Assembly (NCBI GenBank): GCA_963837955.1
Contig: CAWIPH010000002.1
Span: 3,712,001 to 3,776,000, forward strand
From: an uncultured Verrucomicrobiae bacterium
GTDB taxonomy: Bacteria; Verrucomicrobiota; Verrucomicrobiia; Chthoniobacterales; JAFAMB01
DNA length: 64,000 bases
Reading direction: 5' to 3'
This document shows, piece by piece, positions 26,788-36,280 of this stretch. Position numbers and translations under genes: made by a program. The number at the start of each line of letters is the position of its first letter. Within the stretch, counting starts at the first letter, position 1. The notes below the pieces were generated by a model that worked only from the letters and a program-made list of their open reading frames with translations, did no database searches and was not told the DNA's origin.

Positions 26788-27876
26788 TTATCTCACCTCG
26801 GACAAGCCTGCAAAGCTTTTATCGCGTAGTGTTTGGAGGCGCAATTGACCGCAGGCTGCGTCGATATCGTGTCCCTTTTCGCGCCTAATCGTCGCGTCTA
26901 CGCCACTACGCTGGAGGGTTCTTAAGAAAATGTTCTGCCGGTTCAACGAAGGGCGCTTCCAGGGCAACCCTTCCACTTTGTTGTAAGGAATCAGATTCAC
27001 TTTTGCCTTGAGTCGTGAGGCAAGACTAGCCAACGCTATTGCCTGGTCTATTTGGTCATTGACGTTTTCGATCAGGATATATTCGAACGTGAGCCGTTGT
27101 TTCTTTTTCTCCGTGAAATAGACGCATGCTTCCAATAATGACGCCAGGTTGTATTTGCGATTGACCGGCATGATCTGATTGCGCACATCGTCTGTCGCCC
27201 CGTGCAAAGAGATCGCGAGCCGAATCTGCAATGGATGTTCCGCCAGCTGCCGAATTCGGGGCGCGAGCCCGCTAGTTGAAACGGTGATATGCCTGGCTCC
27301 GATACCCAAACCCCAGGGTGCATTGATAATCTCAATTGCCCGCATCACATTCGAAAAATTGGCCAGTGGCTCCCCCATCCCCATAAAAACTAAATTATTG
27401 ATCTTCTCGCCCGTGATCGCTTCAACCTGAATAATCTGCTCGACGATTTCGCCCGCGACCAGATCTCGAGTCCAACCATCCAGGCCACTCGCGCAAAATT
27501 TGCATCCGTAAGCACAGCCGACCTGAGTGGAAATGCACAGGGTCCTACGATCTGAGCTCGATCCGTAGAGAGCTGGGCTGGCCGGAATCAAAACCGATTC
27601 CACCAGGTTTTGGTCCGGCAACGAAAAAAGAAATTTGCGGGTCGTGTCTTTCGAGCCGGTCTGCCGGACGCAACGGAGCGAACGCAGCCTAAAAGATGAA
27701 TCCAGGTGCGCCCGCAACATTTCCGGCAAATTGGACATCTGGTCGAATCGTTCGACTCGCTTCCGATAAATCCAACGGAGCACCTGGTCACTTCGGTATC
27801 GGCTCTCCCCTTTTGCGGCAAACCAATCCCGCACTTCACTTTCCGCGAGATTTAAGATCGGCCCTTGAGGTTCCAT
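26788..27876 (-). CDS. rlmN: 23S rRNA m2A2503 methyltransferase (radical SAM)
   Basis: CAYGCKFC, MGMGEP, DIDAACGQL. Confidence 0.98.
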   Translation of the reverse strand: MEPQGPILNLAESEVRDWFAAKGESRYRSDQVLRWIYRKRVERFDQMSNLPEMLRAHLDSSFRLRSLRCVRQTGSKDTTRKFLFSLPDQNLVESVLIPASPALYGSSSDRRTLCISTQVGCAYGCKFCASGLDGWTRDLVAGEIVEQIIQVEAITGEKINNLVFMGMGEPLANFSNVMRAIEIINAPWGLGIGARHITVSTSGLAPRIRQLAEHPLQIRLAISLHGATDDVRNQIMPVNRKYNLASLLEACVYFTEKKKQRLTFEYILIENVNDQIDQAIALASLASRLKAKVNLIPYNKVEGLPWKRPSLNRQNIFLRTLQRSGVDATIRREKGHDIDAACGQLRLQTLRDKSFAGLSEVR

Positions 27877-28026
27877 AGCTGGCGTCGATAAGCTCTCACA
27901 GTCGCAATGAAGATCAACCGGGCCCGGTTAGATCCGGCGGACCATGTCTCTGGCAACTTTGGACGTGGTCGACGTTTTCGGCTGGACGGGATCCCTGTCC
28001 GCGTGAATTCTTCCGCCCTGGCAAAC

Positions 28027-28533
28027 ATGAGGAGTTACGAAATTTTCGGTGCATGTTCGGCTGAATTGGCGAACGCCATCTTCGCCTACCTGCACGAGCA
28101 CGAGAAACCGGTATATCGAGCGATTATCCAAAATCTGGCTAACCAGCGGAAACTGCGCCCGATCTTCGTCGAACGAAAACCAAAAACGGAGCGCCACGAG
28201 TGGCTCCAGCAAGCACTGAGCCGGAAACCGGCGGATGACGTCGCGGCGCAGACCCTTCAGATCTGGTTGCTAGGCGCGCAAAAAGATTTGATTTGCGAAT
28301 TCCTCGATGCACTGGAAATCCCGCATGACGGAAAAGGGTTCGTGGATGCGCTTCCGCCGGAGCCATCCGGCGATAAGCTCAAAATAGCGGTTGATCAATT
28401 ACTCCAACGCCATCGACCAGAGATCGTAGCGGTCTACTTGCAAGTGTTTCAGACCATGGACGACGCGGGCTGGAAAGGATTGGCCGAGATCCTTGCCACC
28501 GATCCTCGCTTGAAGGTCGGAGTGACGGAGTGA
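28027..28533 (+). CDS. Hypothetical protein
   Basis: FLDALEIPHDGKG motif; start at ATG 28027. Confidence 0.8.
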   Translation: MRSYEIFGACSAELANAIFAYLHEHEKPVYRAIIQNLANQRKLRPIFVERKPKTERHEWLQQALSRKPADDVAAQTLQIWLLGAQKDLICEFLDALEIPHDGKGFVDALPPEPSGDKLKIAVDQLLQRHRPEIVAVYLQVFQTMDDAGWKGLAEILATDPRLKVGVTE

Positions 28534-28583
28534 CGGAACCGAGGGAGCGACCAGTTTTGTTCGGCGGGATAGCCGGTAGCGCC

Positions 28584-28896
28584 GAAGGCGTGTCTCAAGA
28601 TAGCCTAGGGTGAAGCCCTAGGAACCGGGCACCCCCCAACGAGCACGCACTGAAGGTGCGTTTCAATTTTAGCCTAGTCCCAGACATATCGTTCGAACGG
28701 CACACGTTAACGTCGTTTTAGAAAGAAATTCTTCTTCGGACGAGATTTTGCGGCGATGAACCAGAAGATTTGCCAACGATCGTGGCACATGTTTACAACA
28801 TCATACGTATATGTGTTGTCACGCGCTTTCAGCGCTTGATCGCCTATTTTCCCGGTTCCTAGGGCTTCACCCTAGGCTATCTTGAGACACGCCTTC
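28584..28896. mobile_element. REP/MITE-like element with a perfect 46-bp inverted repeat around a Y1 transposase remnant
   Basis: 28584-28629 is the reverse complement of 28851-28896; the minus strand at 28674-28758 reads HRRKISSEEEF..LKR...ERYVWD*. Confidence 0.8.
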
Positions 28897-29007
28897 CGCC
28901 TTCGCAAAGCTTCCGCACGAATGGTCATTGCAACGAATGCTTCGGCGGACAAGTCGGCGCTCGGCTTCCCGCCGCAACTCCTCCACGCCGCTCGCTCCAT
29001 CAGTCCG

Positions 29008-29184
29008 CCACGCCGTCACGCCGATACGCCGGCACGCCGCTCACTCCATCACTCCATCACTCCATCACTCCATCACTCCATCACTCCATTCCTCCATCAC
29101 GCCATCACTCCATCACGCCATCACTCCATCACGCCATCACTCCATCACTCCATCACTCCATCACTCCATCACGCCGCCACGCCG
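29008..29184. repeat. 8-bp tandem repeat (TCACTCCA/TCACGCCR), about 22 units
   Basis: Directly visible. Confidence 0.95.
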
Positions 29185-29197
29185 ATACGTCTCTCCC

Positions 29198-29917
29198 CTA
29201 CCCTCCCCGACGGGAACGGGATCGGAGATTCAAAACCTCGACCATCATCGAGAACGCCATGGCAAAATAGACATATCCTCTATCGATATGTTGTCCGAGG
29301 CCGTCGGCTACGAGGACGACTCCGATGAGAAACAGGAACGCGAGCGCTAGAATCCGGATGGTCGGGTAACGGTTCACCCAGGCGCTAATCAAACCGGACG
29401 CTGCTAACATGACGAGCACAGACAAAATGATCGCGCCGATCATCACTGCCAGCAGTTGCGCCATACCGACCACGGTAATAACCGAGTCAAGGGAGAAAAC
29501 GATATCGAGCAAAATGATTTGGACGATCACCGAGAAGAATCTTTGTCTTCTGGGCAGCGGCGCTCCACGCGGCGTACCCTCCATCTTTTCATGAATCTCC
29601 CGAGTACTCTTCGCGATTAAGAAAAGTCCGCCGGCCGTTAATATGATGTCGCGCCCATTCATCGATCGGCCGAAGATCGTGATCCAAGGCTGGTGCAGGG
29701 TCATCAACCAATTGATACTTAACAGAAGCAGAATCCGGGTGATTAAAGCGAGTGATAGACCGACCGTCCGCGCCCGGCGCTGTTGGTTTGCAGGTAATTT
29801 GCCTGCAAGAATAGAGATGACGATAATGTTATCAATTCCCAGAACAATTTCGAGAAAGGTGAGGGTCGCCAGACTAACCCAGGCACTCGGCTGGAAAAGC
29901 GAGTAAAAGAATTCCAT
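29198..29917 (-). CDS. terC: TerC family membrane protein
   Basis: [17 protein letters not shown]. Confidence 0.95.
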   Translation of the reverse strand: MEFFYSLFQPSAWVSLATLTFLEIVLGIDNIIVISILAGKLPANQQRRARTVGLSLALITRILLLLSINWLMTLHQPWITIFGRSMNGRDIILTAGGLFLIAKSTREIHEKMEGTPRGAPLPRRQRFFSVIVQIILLDIVFSLDSVITVVGMAQLLAVMIGAIILSVLVMLAASGLISAWVNRYPTIRILALAFLFLIGVVLVADGLGQHIDRGYVYFAMAFSMMVEVLNLRSRSRRGG

Positions 29918-29923
29918 TTCGCG

Positions 29924-30340
29924 ATGAAAACCTACCGGAAAGAGCTGAGTTTCGAGACAAAAAAACGCCGCGAATTCATCCGAATCACACCGGAGATAGA
30001 ATCTTGTCTACGCGAGAGTGGAGTGCGGGAAGGCTTAGTATTGGTAAACGCCATGCATATCACTGCTAGCGTGTTCATCAATGACAACGAATCTGGTCTT
30101 CATTCGGATTTTGAAAAGTGGCTGGAAAAACTCGCACCAGAGCTTCCTCACTCCCAATATGCTCATAATGGCGCTGAAGATAACGCGGACGCTCATCTGA
30201 AGCGTTCGATCATGGGCAGGGAAGTCATAATCGCCATCACCAATGGTAAGCTGGATTTCGGGCCTTGGGAGGAAGTCTTTTATGGCGAATTCGATGGAAA
30301 GCGTCGCAAACGTGTTCTGATAAAAATTATTGGCGAATGA
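29924..30340 (+). CDS. yjbQ: YjbQ family protein
   Basis: [17 protein letters not shown]. Confidence 0.95.
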   Translation: MKTYRKELSFETKKRREFIRITPEIESCLRESGVREGLVLVNAMHITASVFINDNESGLHSDFEKWLEKLAPELPHSQYAHNGAEDNADAHLKRSIMGREVIIAITNGKLDFGPWEEVFYGEFDGKRRKRVLIKIIGE

Positions 30341-31353
30341 ACCTCGAAGAAGAGATTCTTTCCTTTCTGGAGCGCCCTCAACCGGAGCGCTTCGAGGAAC
30401 TCGCCATTCGGCTCTACCATATTCAGCGTGCGAAGAATCGTCCCTACGATCTCTATTGTCGCGCTCTTGGTATCCCGAATGAGGTCTCTTCATGGAAAGA
30501 GATTCCTGGCCTGCCGCAACAAGCATTCAAACATTCCGAAATTCGAAGTTTCCCGGCAGAGGAAACACGTTTCGAATTTCGGACCAGCGGAACGACCGGA
30601 GAGGGATACGGGCGCCATTTTCTTCCGTCACTCGATCTATATAAGAAAGCGGTGTTGCAGGGTTGGGATCACGCCCAGTTACCGCGTTACCCAATCGGAT
30701 TGCTGATGCCCACCGCAGTTCAAAATCCCTATTCTTCTTTAGCCCGAATGGGAGCTTTCTTGAGTGAAGATGTCGAGCACCAATACTTTTGGCAAGATCC
30801 GGGACGCCTCGATTTGACCAATCTCCGCAATTTCATCGCTCGAGCGCGTGGACCGGTCATTCTTTTCGGAACCGCTTTAGCCTTCCTGGATCTTTTGGAA
30901 TCAGGCCGGTCCCAGCTTTCACTACCCGAGCAAAGCCTGGTCATGGAAACCGGCGGATTTAAAGGGAGTAACCGAACAATCGAGAAGAGCGAACTTTACC
31001 AGCAGCTCTCGGATTACTTCGGGATTCCGGCCGATAGCATCTGGAATGAATACGGGATGACGGAGCTTAGCTCGCAATTCTATGCATCCGGTGTCGACCG
31101 CTCGCATACGGGGCCGCCCTGGACTGGCGTAGTCATTATTGATCCGGCCACAAATCGAGAGGCCTCAGTTGGGGAGATTGGCATGGTTCGGATCATTGAT
31201 CTGGTTAACATCTGGTCCGTCCTTTCCATTCAGACTCAGGACCTGGCTCGGCGGGGATCGGGTGGGGAATTTCTTTTGCTTGGGCGGGACCCGAACGCAC
31301 TGCCGCGAGGATGTTCGCGAGCGGCAGATGAAATCCTTCAGACGGGTCGGTGA
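30337..31353 (+). CDS. LuxE-like acyl-protein synthetase
   Basis: [29 protein letters not shown]. Confidence 0.9.
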   Translation: MNLEEEILSFLERPQPERFEELAIRLYHIQRAKNRPYDLYCRALGIPNEVSSWKEIPGLPQQAFKHSEIRSFPAEETRFEFRTSGTTGEGYGRHFLPSLDLYKKAVLQGWDHAQLPRYPIGLLMPTAVQNPYSSLARMGAFLSEDVEHQYFWQDPGRLDLTNLRNFIARARGPVILFGTALAFLDLLESGRSQLSLPEQSLVMETGGFKGSNRTIEKSELYQQLSDYFGIPADSIWNEYGMTELSSQFYASGVDRSHTGPPWTGVVIIDPATNREASVGEIGMVRIIDLVNIWSVLSIQTQDLARRGSGGEFLLLGRDPNALPRGCSRAADEILQTGR

Positions 31354-31357
31354 GAGC

Positions 31358-32416
31358 ATGAATTTCTATGAGCGAATTTCCGCCATCGCTAAGTCCGCCG
31401 AATCGTTTCCCTGGCTGGGCGAAATCACCCCACAGCTTCTGTGCGACTGGGTAACGCGAGAACTCGGAGTCGAGTTCATGACTTCATCCTGGGCACAATA
31501 TGGAGATCGGCAACGACAACTCGTTCCTTGCTCGCCCATTCTCCACATCGTCTCTGGAGAAACTCCCCACGCAGCCCTTCAAAGCTTAATCCGCGGCATT
31601 CTGGTCGGTGCCGAAAATTGGGTCAAACTCCCTTCGACCGATTTGGCCGAACTGCGCACCTTTGCCGAGTCTTTACCGAAAGAGCTTCAGCCAAATCTTT
31701 CGTGCCGGCTTCTGCCTGACTGGTTGGATAACGCAGCGACCGTTGTCGTGTTCGGTTCCGATGCCACGATCCAGGAATTCGCGAGCCGAGCGCGGCCATG
31801 GCAGCGGTTTGTCCCGCACGGACATAAAATCAGTTTTGCATTGATCTTAGAGCGGTGGACGCAGACCGAGGTCTCAGCTGTAATTCGAGATGGCTTCGCA
31901 TTTGATCAATTGGGTTGTCTCTCTCCGCAGTTCTTTCTGGTCAAAGAAGGCGCCAGTTACTTCGCGGAACAACTCGCGCAGCAACTTGACCAACATGAGC
32001 CCTCCTCACAGCATTGGGTCTCCCTGGAAGCAGCCGCCGCCATCCGGGTATTCCGGGAAAACTGGCGATTTCTGACCGCGAACAATCAAGCTCGCCTTTG
32101 GGAAAGCCAGCGTGACACCCTGGATTGGACGGTGCTCTTCGATCCGGCCGAAACCATTCCTCCTAGCCCGCTGCATCGGACGTTTGTTATCAAACCTATC
32201 GTCGCCCAGACAGAAGCGAGTGTCGCTTTGCTCCGAAAACATATCAGCACGATCGGCATCCATCCGCTGAATTCAGAAACGATCGAGCTCGCGGTTCGCT
32301 TCGGAGCCCAACGCGTCTGCCCGATTGGCCAGATGCAGGAGCCAGCGCTCGACTGGCACCACGACGGCTTTCCCAGCTTAGGCTCACTAGTGCGAGTAAT
32401 CGATCTGGAAACATGA
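31358..32416 (+). CDS. LuxC-like acyl-CoA reductase
   Basis: VVFGSD, HGHKIS, DQLGCLSP, GQMQEP...HHDG. Confidence 0.88.
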   Translation: MNFYERISAIAKSAESFPWLGEITPQLLCDWVTRELGVEFMTSSWAQYGDRQRQLVPCSPILHIVSGETPHAALQSLIRGILVGAENWVKLPSTDLAELRTFAESLPKELQPNLSCRLLPDWLDNAATVVVFGSDATIQEFASRARPWQRFVPHGHKISFALILERWTQTEVSAVIRDGFAFDQLGCLSPQFFLVKEGASYFAEQLAQQLDQHEPSSQHWVSLEAAAAIRVFRENWRFLTANNQARLWESQRDTLDWTVLFDPAETIPPSPLHRTFVIKPIVAQTEASVALLRKHISTIGIHPLNSETIELAVRFGAQRVCPIGQMQEPALDWHHDGFPSLGSLVRVIDLET

Positions 32417-32630
32417 AGTCTTTGGTATGCGCACCCGCTGGTGAGTGGGGCGGTGAGTGGACCCAAAATCGAATAATTCAACTGACTCCCGCGACGTCGG
32501 ATTTTGGTGCCCCTACAGCAGCTCCAACCCGGCCGGGCGGGTGTTTTTCACACTGAGCATCACGGTGTGAGACCGTATGGGGACGGAGAACCGCACGGCA
32601 GCGGTGGGACTGAGAATAGAAGCATTCAGG

Positions 32631-32865
32631 GTCCCGTCCCGGAAGGGACATACCGATAGTAGCCCAGTCCCGCGGCCGCGGGACTGGGTAGATGGTATAG
32701 GGGGGGTGCCGTCCCGCGAGGGACGATCGAAACGTTGAGGTAATGGTTTCCAATGCGACCTCACGAGCGCAGAGGTGAATCGATCGTCCCTGTCGGGACG
32801 GACGCGTCTTAACGCTATCCCAGCACTAAAGTGCTGGGCTACTTTCGCTGTGTCCCTCGGGGGAC
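32631..32865. repeat. BIME/REP-like composite of GTCCC-N-GGGAC palindromes
   Basis: Nested inverted GTCCC...GGGAC and GTAGCCCAG/CTGGGCTAC units. Confidence 0.75.
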
Positions 32866-33069
32866 AATCTCCTGATCTGTGCGCACAGCACTTGGCTTCT
32901 CATAAACCGTCAACACGATGATGCCTTATGAGAGCCTGTTCGCTTTCTCATTCCTTTTCTGCTATGAGAATTTCAGGGATAGAAACATGACCACCGTATT
33001 TGAGGTTGTTTTCAGGCAAGGCACACAGCTCCCGGAGAGTTATTCTACTGGCGCAAAACGGAGGTTCAC

Positions 33070-33519
33070 ATGGTTAAAAGCGAGACGATAGCGCACTTGC
33101 GCTCCGCCGCTTTCATCAATCCGGTCCTGGCGAGGACCGATACCGAAGCCATTGACGAACTCCTTGCCGCGCTGCGCAATCACCCAGAGTTGATAAACCC
33201 GATCGAGCTTCGGGCCGCGGTGCTTCAGCGCCAAAAGGTCGATCCACCTCTTCTCCCGATGGGCATTGCCTTTCCTCATGCCCGAACCGATAGCGTCCGA
33301 TCCCTGGTTTTGGCGGTTGGAATCTGTCCCGAACCCGTTCATTTCGGCGAGATGCCCGTCCGGCTGATTCTGCTGATCGGCGTGCCGAAAGCTGCTATCG
33401 GAGAATACTTGGAGCTCACTTCTTTTCTAGTTCGACACCTGCGAAATCGACCCGTGTTAGATCGGCTCACAGCAGCCTCTAATATGGCGGAGTTCCTGGA
33501 AACGTTCGCGGATCTTTAG
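33070..33519 (+). CDS. PTS EIIA (Ntr/Fru-like) protein
   Basis: GIAFPHAR phospho-His motif. Confidence 0.9.
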   Translation: MVKSETIAHLRSAAFINPVLARTDTEAIDELLAALRNHPELINPIELRAAVLQRQKVDPPLLPMGIAFPHARTDSVRSLVLAVGICPEPVHFGEMPVRLILLIGVPKAAIGEYLELTSFLVRHLRNRPVLDRLTAASNMAEFLETFADL

Positions 33520-33526
33520 ATACATC

Positions 33527-35350
33527 ATGGACCAAGAAGAGAAACAGCAGCGCCTTTCACCGCTCCTGCGCCGGTTTCTCAAGCTTAAGGTCTGGCTGAT
33601 CGAAAGGTTTCGGCTGGGCGAGCGGCAGGTCACGCTCGTCTGGGCCGGAGTAATTGGCGTCCTTGGCGCGCTGGCCGCTGAGGCTTTCCGGCAGGCTACC
33701 AACCTTCTTCATTATTTGTTTACCGGATCGGACGCCGAAATCATCACTAGCTTTGAGCATCTGCCACTTTGGCAACGGTTTCTGGTGCCAGTGGCCGGCG
33801 GAATCTTAGCCGGACTAACCTTATGGATTGGTAATCGCTTAATCGCCAGCGTCCGGCAGAAGTCAACCACTGACTACATGGAAGCGGTTGTGGTGGGAAA
33901 TGGGGTCATTTCCTTTCGAGCTAGTCTGGTCAAAACGATTTCGGCACTTTTCTCAATCGGCACCGGAGCTTCAATTGGACGAGAAGGGCCGCTGGTCCAA
34001 CTCTCTTCGCTGCTCGCTTCATTAATTGGACGGTTGCGCAATAGCCCAGTTCCGCAGCGGCGGCATCTTGTCGCCTGCGGAGCGGCTGCAGGAATAGCTA
34101 GTGCTTACAATGCGCCCATCGCCGGCGCGTTTTTCGTAGCCGAAATCGTGCTGGGGACTGTAGTGGTCGAGTCGCTCGGACCGTTGATCCTTGCTTCGGT
34201 CGTCGCAACCTTCACAACCCGGGCGATGCACGGAGAAAGTCCACTTTACCGCTCGCCCGATCTAGGTCTCCATACGAGGTGGGAAGTCGTACCGCTTTGC
34301 GCAATTGGTATTTTCTTAGGGTTCTTGGCACCACTCTACTTGCGAGGTTTGCGTAGCACCGAATCACTCTTTGCTAAATTGGCTTTGCCGGTGCCGGCCA
34401 AGCTCGGCTTAGGCGGCGCCATAGTCGGGCTGCTGGCCATGTTTTATCCTCAGGTGTGCGGTAACGGACAAGGATTAGTTGCTTCTCTCTTCCATCAGGA
34501 TTGGGATTTTTCCACGGTTCTTATTCTCTTAATCGTCAAATTCATTGCCACCTCAGCAACATTCGGGTCGGGCGCGGTGGGCGGTGTCTTTACACCGACG
34601 CTTTTCATCGGAACCGCCATCGGTGTGCTTTACGGACAAGCAGTACTTTACTTCGCGCCGCAGCTTCGACCCGATCCTGCCATGTACGGTTTAATGGGAA
34701 TGGGTTCCTTTCTGGCCGCAACTACCGGCGCACCGCTAATGGCCATATTGATGGTGTTCGAACTGACCCTGAGCTATGCGATCGTTCCGTTCTTAATGGT
34801 CTCCTGCGTTTTGGGCTATTATTGCAGCAGTTTTTTCGAGCACCGATTCATGTACGGTGAGTCGCTAGAACGCAAAGGCGCCGCGTTTTTCAACAGCCAG
34901 CTCGCGGAAGTAAATCTGCTCGACCTGATCAAACGAGATCCGCTTACTTTGGTCGAAAATGCGACTTTCGCGCAGATCGCCCAAACGTTTGTGCAACATC
35001 AATTCCAACACATCTACATCATAGACCGGGACAGAAAGCTACTTGGAGCGGTATCGCTCCACGACGTGAAAGCGTTTCTGGATCGACCAGAACTGGAGAC
35101 CGTCGTGATCGCTGCCGATATTATGGACGAAAATTTTCCTCGCGTATCTCCTTTGCATAGTATGGCAGATGCTCTCAAGAAATTTTCGGAAACGCGGTCG
35201 GAGCGCTTGCCGGTAGTCGATAATCTAACTTCGCAGCGACTAATCGGTAGCATTTCGAAGACCGATGTAATCCTTCACCTGGCCGGCGAGCAAAGCCGTC
35301 CCAACGTACAGCGCTCGGTTGGTGGGGATCTGGAAAAGAAGTCGACCTAG
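33527..35350 (+). CDS. clcB: ClcB-like chloride channel with CBS pair
   Basis: SIGREGP, GGVFTP, C-terminal CBS domains. Confidence 0.93.
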   Translation: MDQEEKQQRLSPLLRRFLKLKVWLIERFRLGERQVTLVWAGVIGVLGALAAEAFRQATNLLHYLFTGSDAEIITSFEHLPLWQRFLVPVAGGILAGLTLWIGNRLIASVRQKSTTDYMEAVVVGNGVISFRASLVKTISALFSIGTGASIGREGPLVQLSSLLASLIGRLRNSPVPQRRHLVACGAAAGIASAYNAPIAGAFFVAEIVLGTVVVESLGPLILASVVATFTTRAMHGESPLYRSPDLGLHTRWEVVPLCAIGIFLGFLAPLYLRGLRSTESLFAKLALPVPAKLGLGGAIVGLLAMFYPQVCGNGQGLVASLFHQDWDFSTVLILLIVKFIATSATFGSGAVGGVFTPTLFIGTAIGVLYGQAVLYFAPQLRPDPAMYGLMGMGSFLAATTGAPLMAILMVFELTLSYAIVPFLMVSCVLGYYCSSFFEHRFMYGESLERKGAAFFNSQLAEVNLLDLIKRDPLTLVENATFAQIAQTFVQHQFQHIYIIDRDRKLLGAVSLHDVKAFLDRPELETVVIAADIMDENFPRVSPLHSMADALKKFSETRSERLPVVDNLTSQRLIGSISKTDVILHLAGEQSRPNVQRSVGGDLEKKST

Positions 35351-35439
35351 GGAAAAAGAGCGGAAGCCTATTAGTTAGATTCTCGTCGTGGGACGCGCTA
35401 TATTTGACGTGCGGCAATTTACTTAGGAAAAAGAAAACC

Positions 35440-35919
35440 GTGAAAGCAAAAGTAGTAACTCTCATCGCTGCCATCGGCCTTATGACGAGCGGGATCTTTG
35501 CCGGGGAAAAATTGCAGGTCACCGAGGTAGATCAGGTCTTAAGCAATCCTGATCAGTATCGAGGAAAGATTGTAGCTCTCCATGGGGTTATCAACGAAGT
35601 TGCTTTGGAACAAAAAACGTTCACCATCATCGACTCCAAATCAGTTAGCAGCACGCGGGGCACAAACGCGCGGTCTTTAGTGGCAACTATGCAAGGCGGG
35701 AGCCAGCTCACCATACCAAAGGCCGGCCAAGAAGCTGTTGCAATCGGCCAAATTGGGAACAAGGACGGTGTCGCCAACTTCGTGGCCACACAGGTGTTTA
35801 CGAACAAGGACGAAGTGCGCCAAATCCTAACTCACGGCTCGGTCACCCGCCCATCTGGAAAACGTCCCGGAGACAACCTTGGACGCGACGCCCAACCGAG
35901 CCGCGAAATTTCGCAGTAG
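35440..35919 (+). CDS. Exported OB-fold-like protein
   Basis: Signal peptide; NPDQYRGKIVALHG. Confidence 0.75.
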   Translation: MKAKVVTLIAAIGLMTSGIFAGEKLQVTEVDQVLSNPDQYRGKIVALHGVINEVALEQKTFTIIDSKSVSSTRGTNARSLVATMQGGSQLTIPKAGQEAVAIGQIGNKDGVANFVATQVFTNKDEVRQILTHGSVTRPSGKRPGDNLGRDAQPSREISQ

Positions 35920-36280
35920 CCACCTTAGCTTTGGGTCGCCGACTGCGCGACCCTCACCCTACCATTCTTAGCCGGCAGAAAACTTAAACCGGGAATAGAC
36001 ACTAATGGACAAGAATTAAGAGTCCATTATTCGTGTGTATTCGGATCCATTCGTGGTTAGGAACTCAAATAGCCGGCGAATTATCTCGGGCTAGCGTGTC
36101 GCGAGTCGATCGATCTAGGACCAAACCGGCAGAAAATATTAAAAATATTTCCGAGAACGGGAATAAATCTTTAGCCCAGTGTCGTTCTCTTTGTGTTGGA
36201 CACCACATTTCGAATATTGGTATCCCTGCTTAATTATCCCTCCGCACACCGGGTCCGTTCGAGAAACATCGTTTTCAATT

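Noticed and set aside
29008..29184. CRISPR array, or His/Ser-rich ORFs 28882..29328 and 28928..29350
   Set aside because: Simple 8-bp tandem repeat with no spacers and no cas genes; the ORFs are repeat translations, partly antisense to terC.
30337..32416. Bioluminescence operon
   Set aside because: No luxA/B/D in the window.
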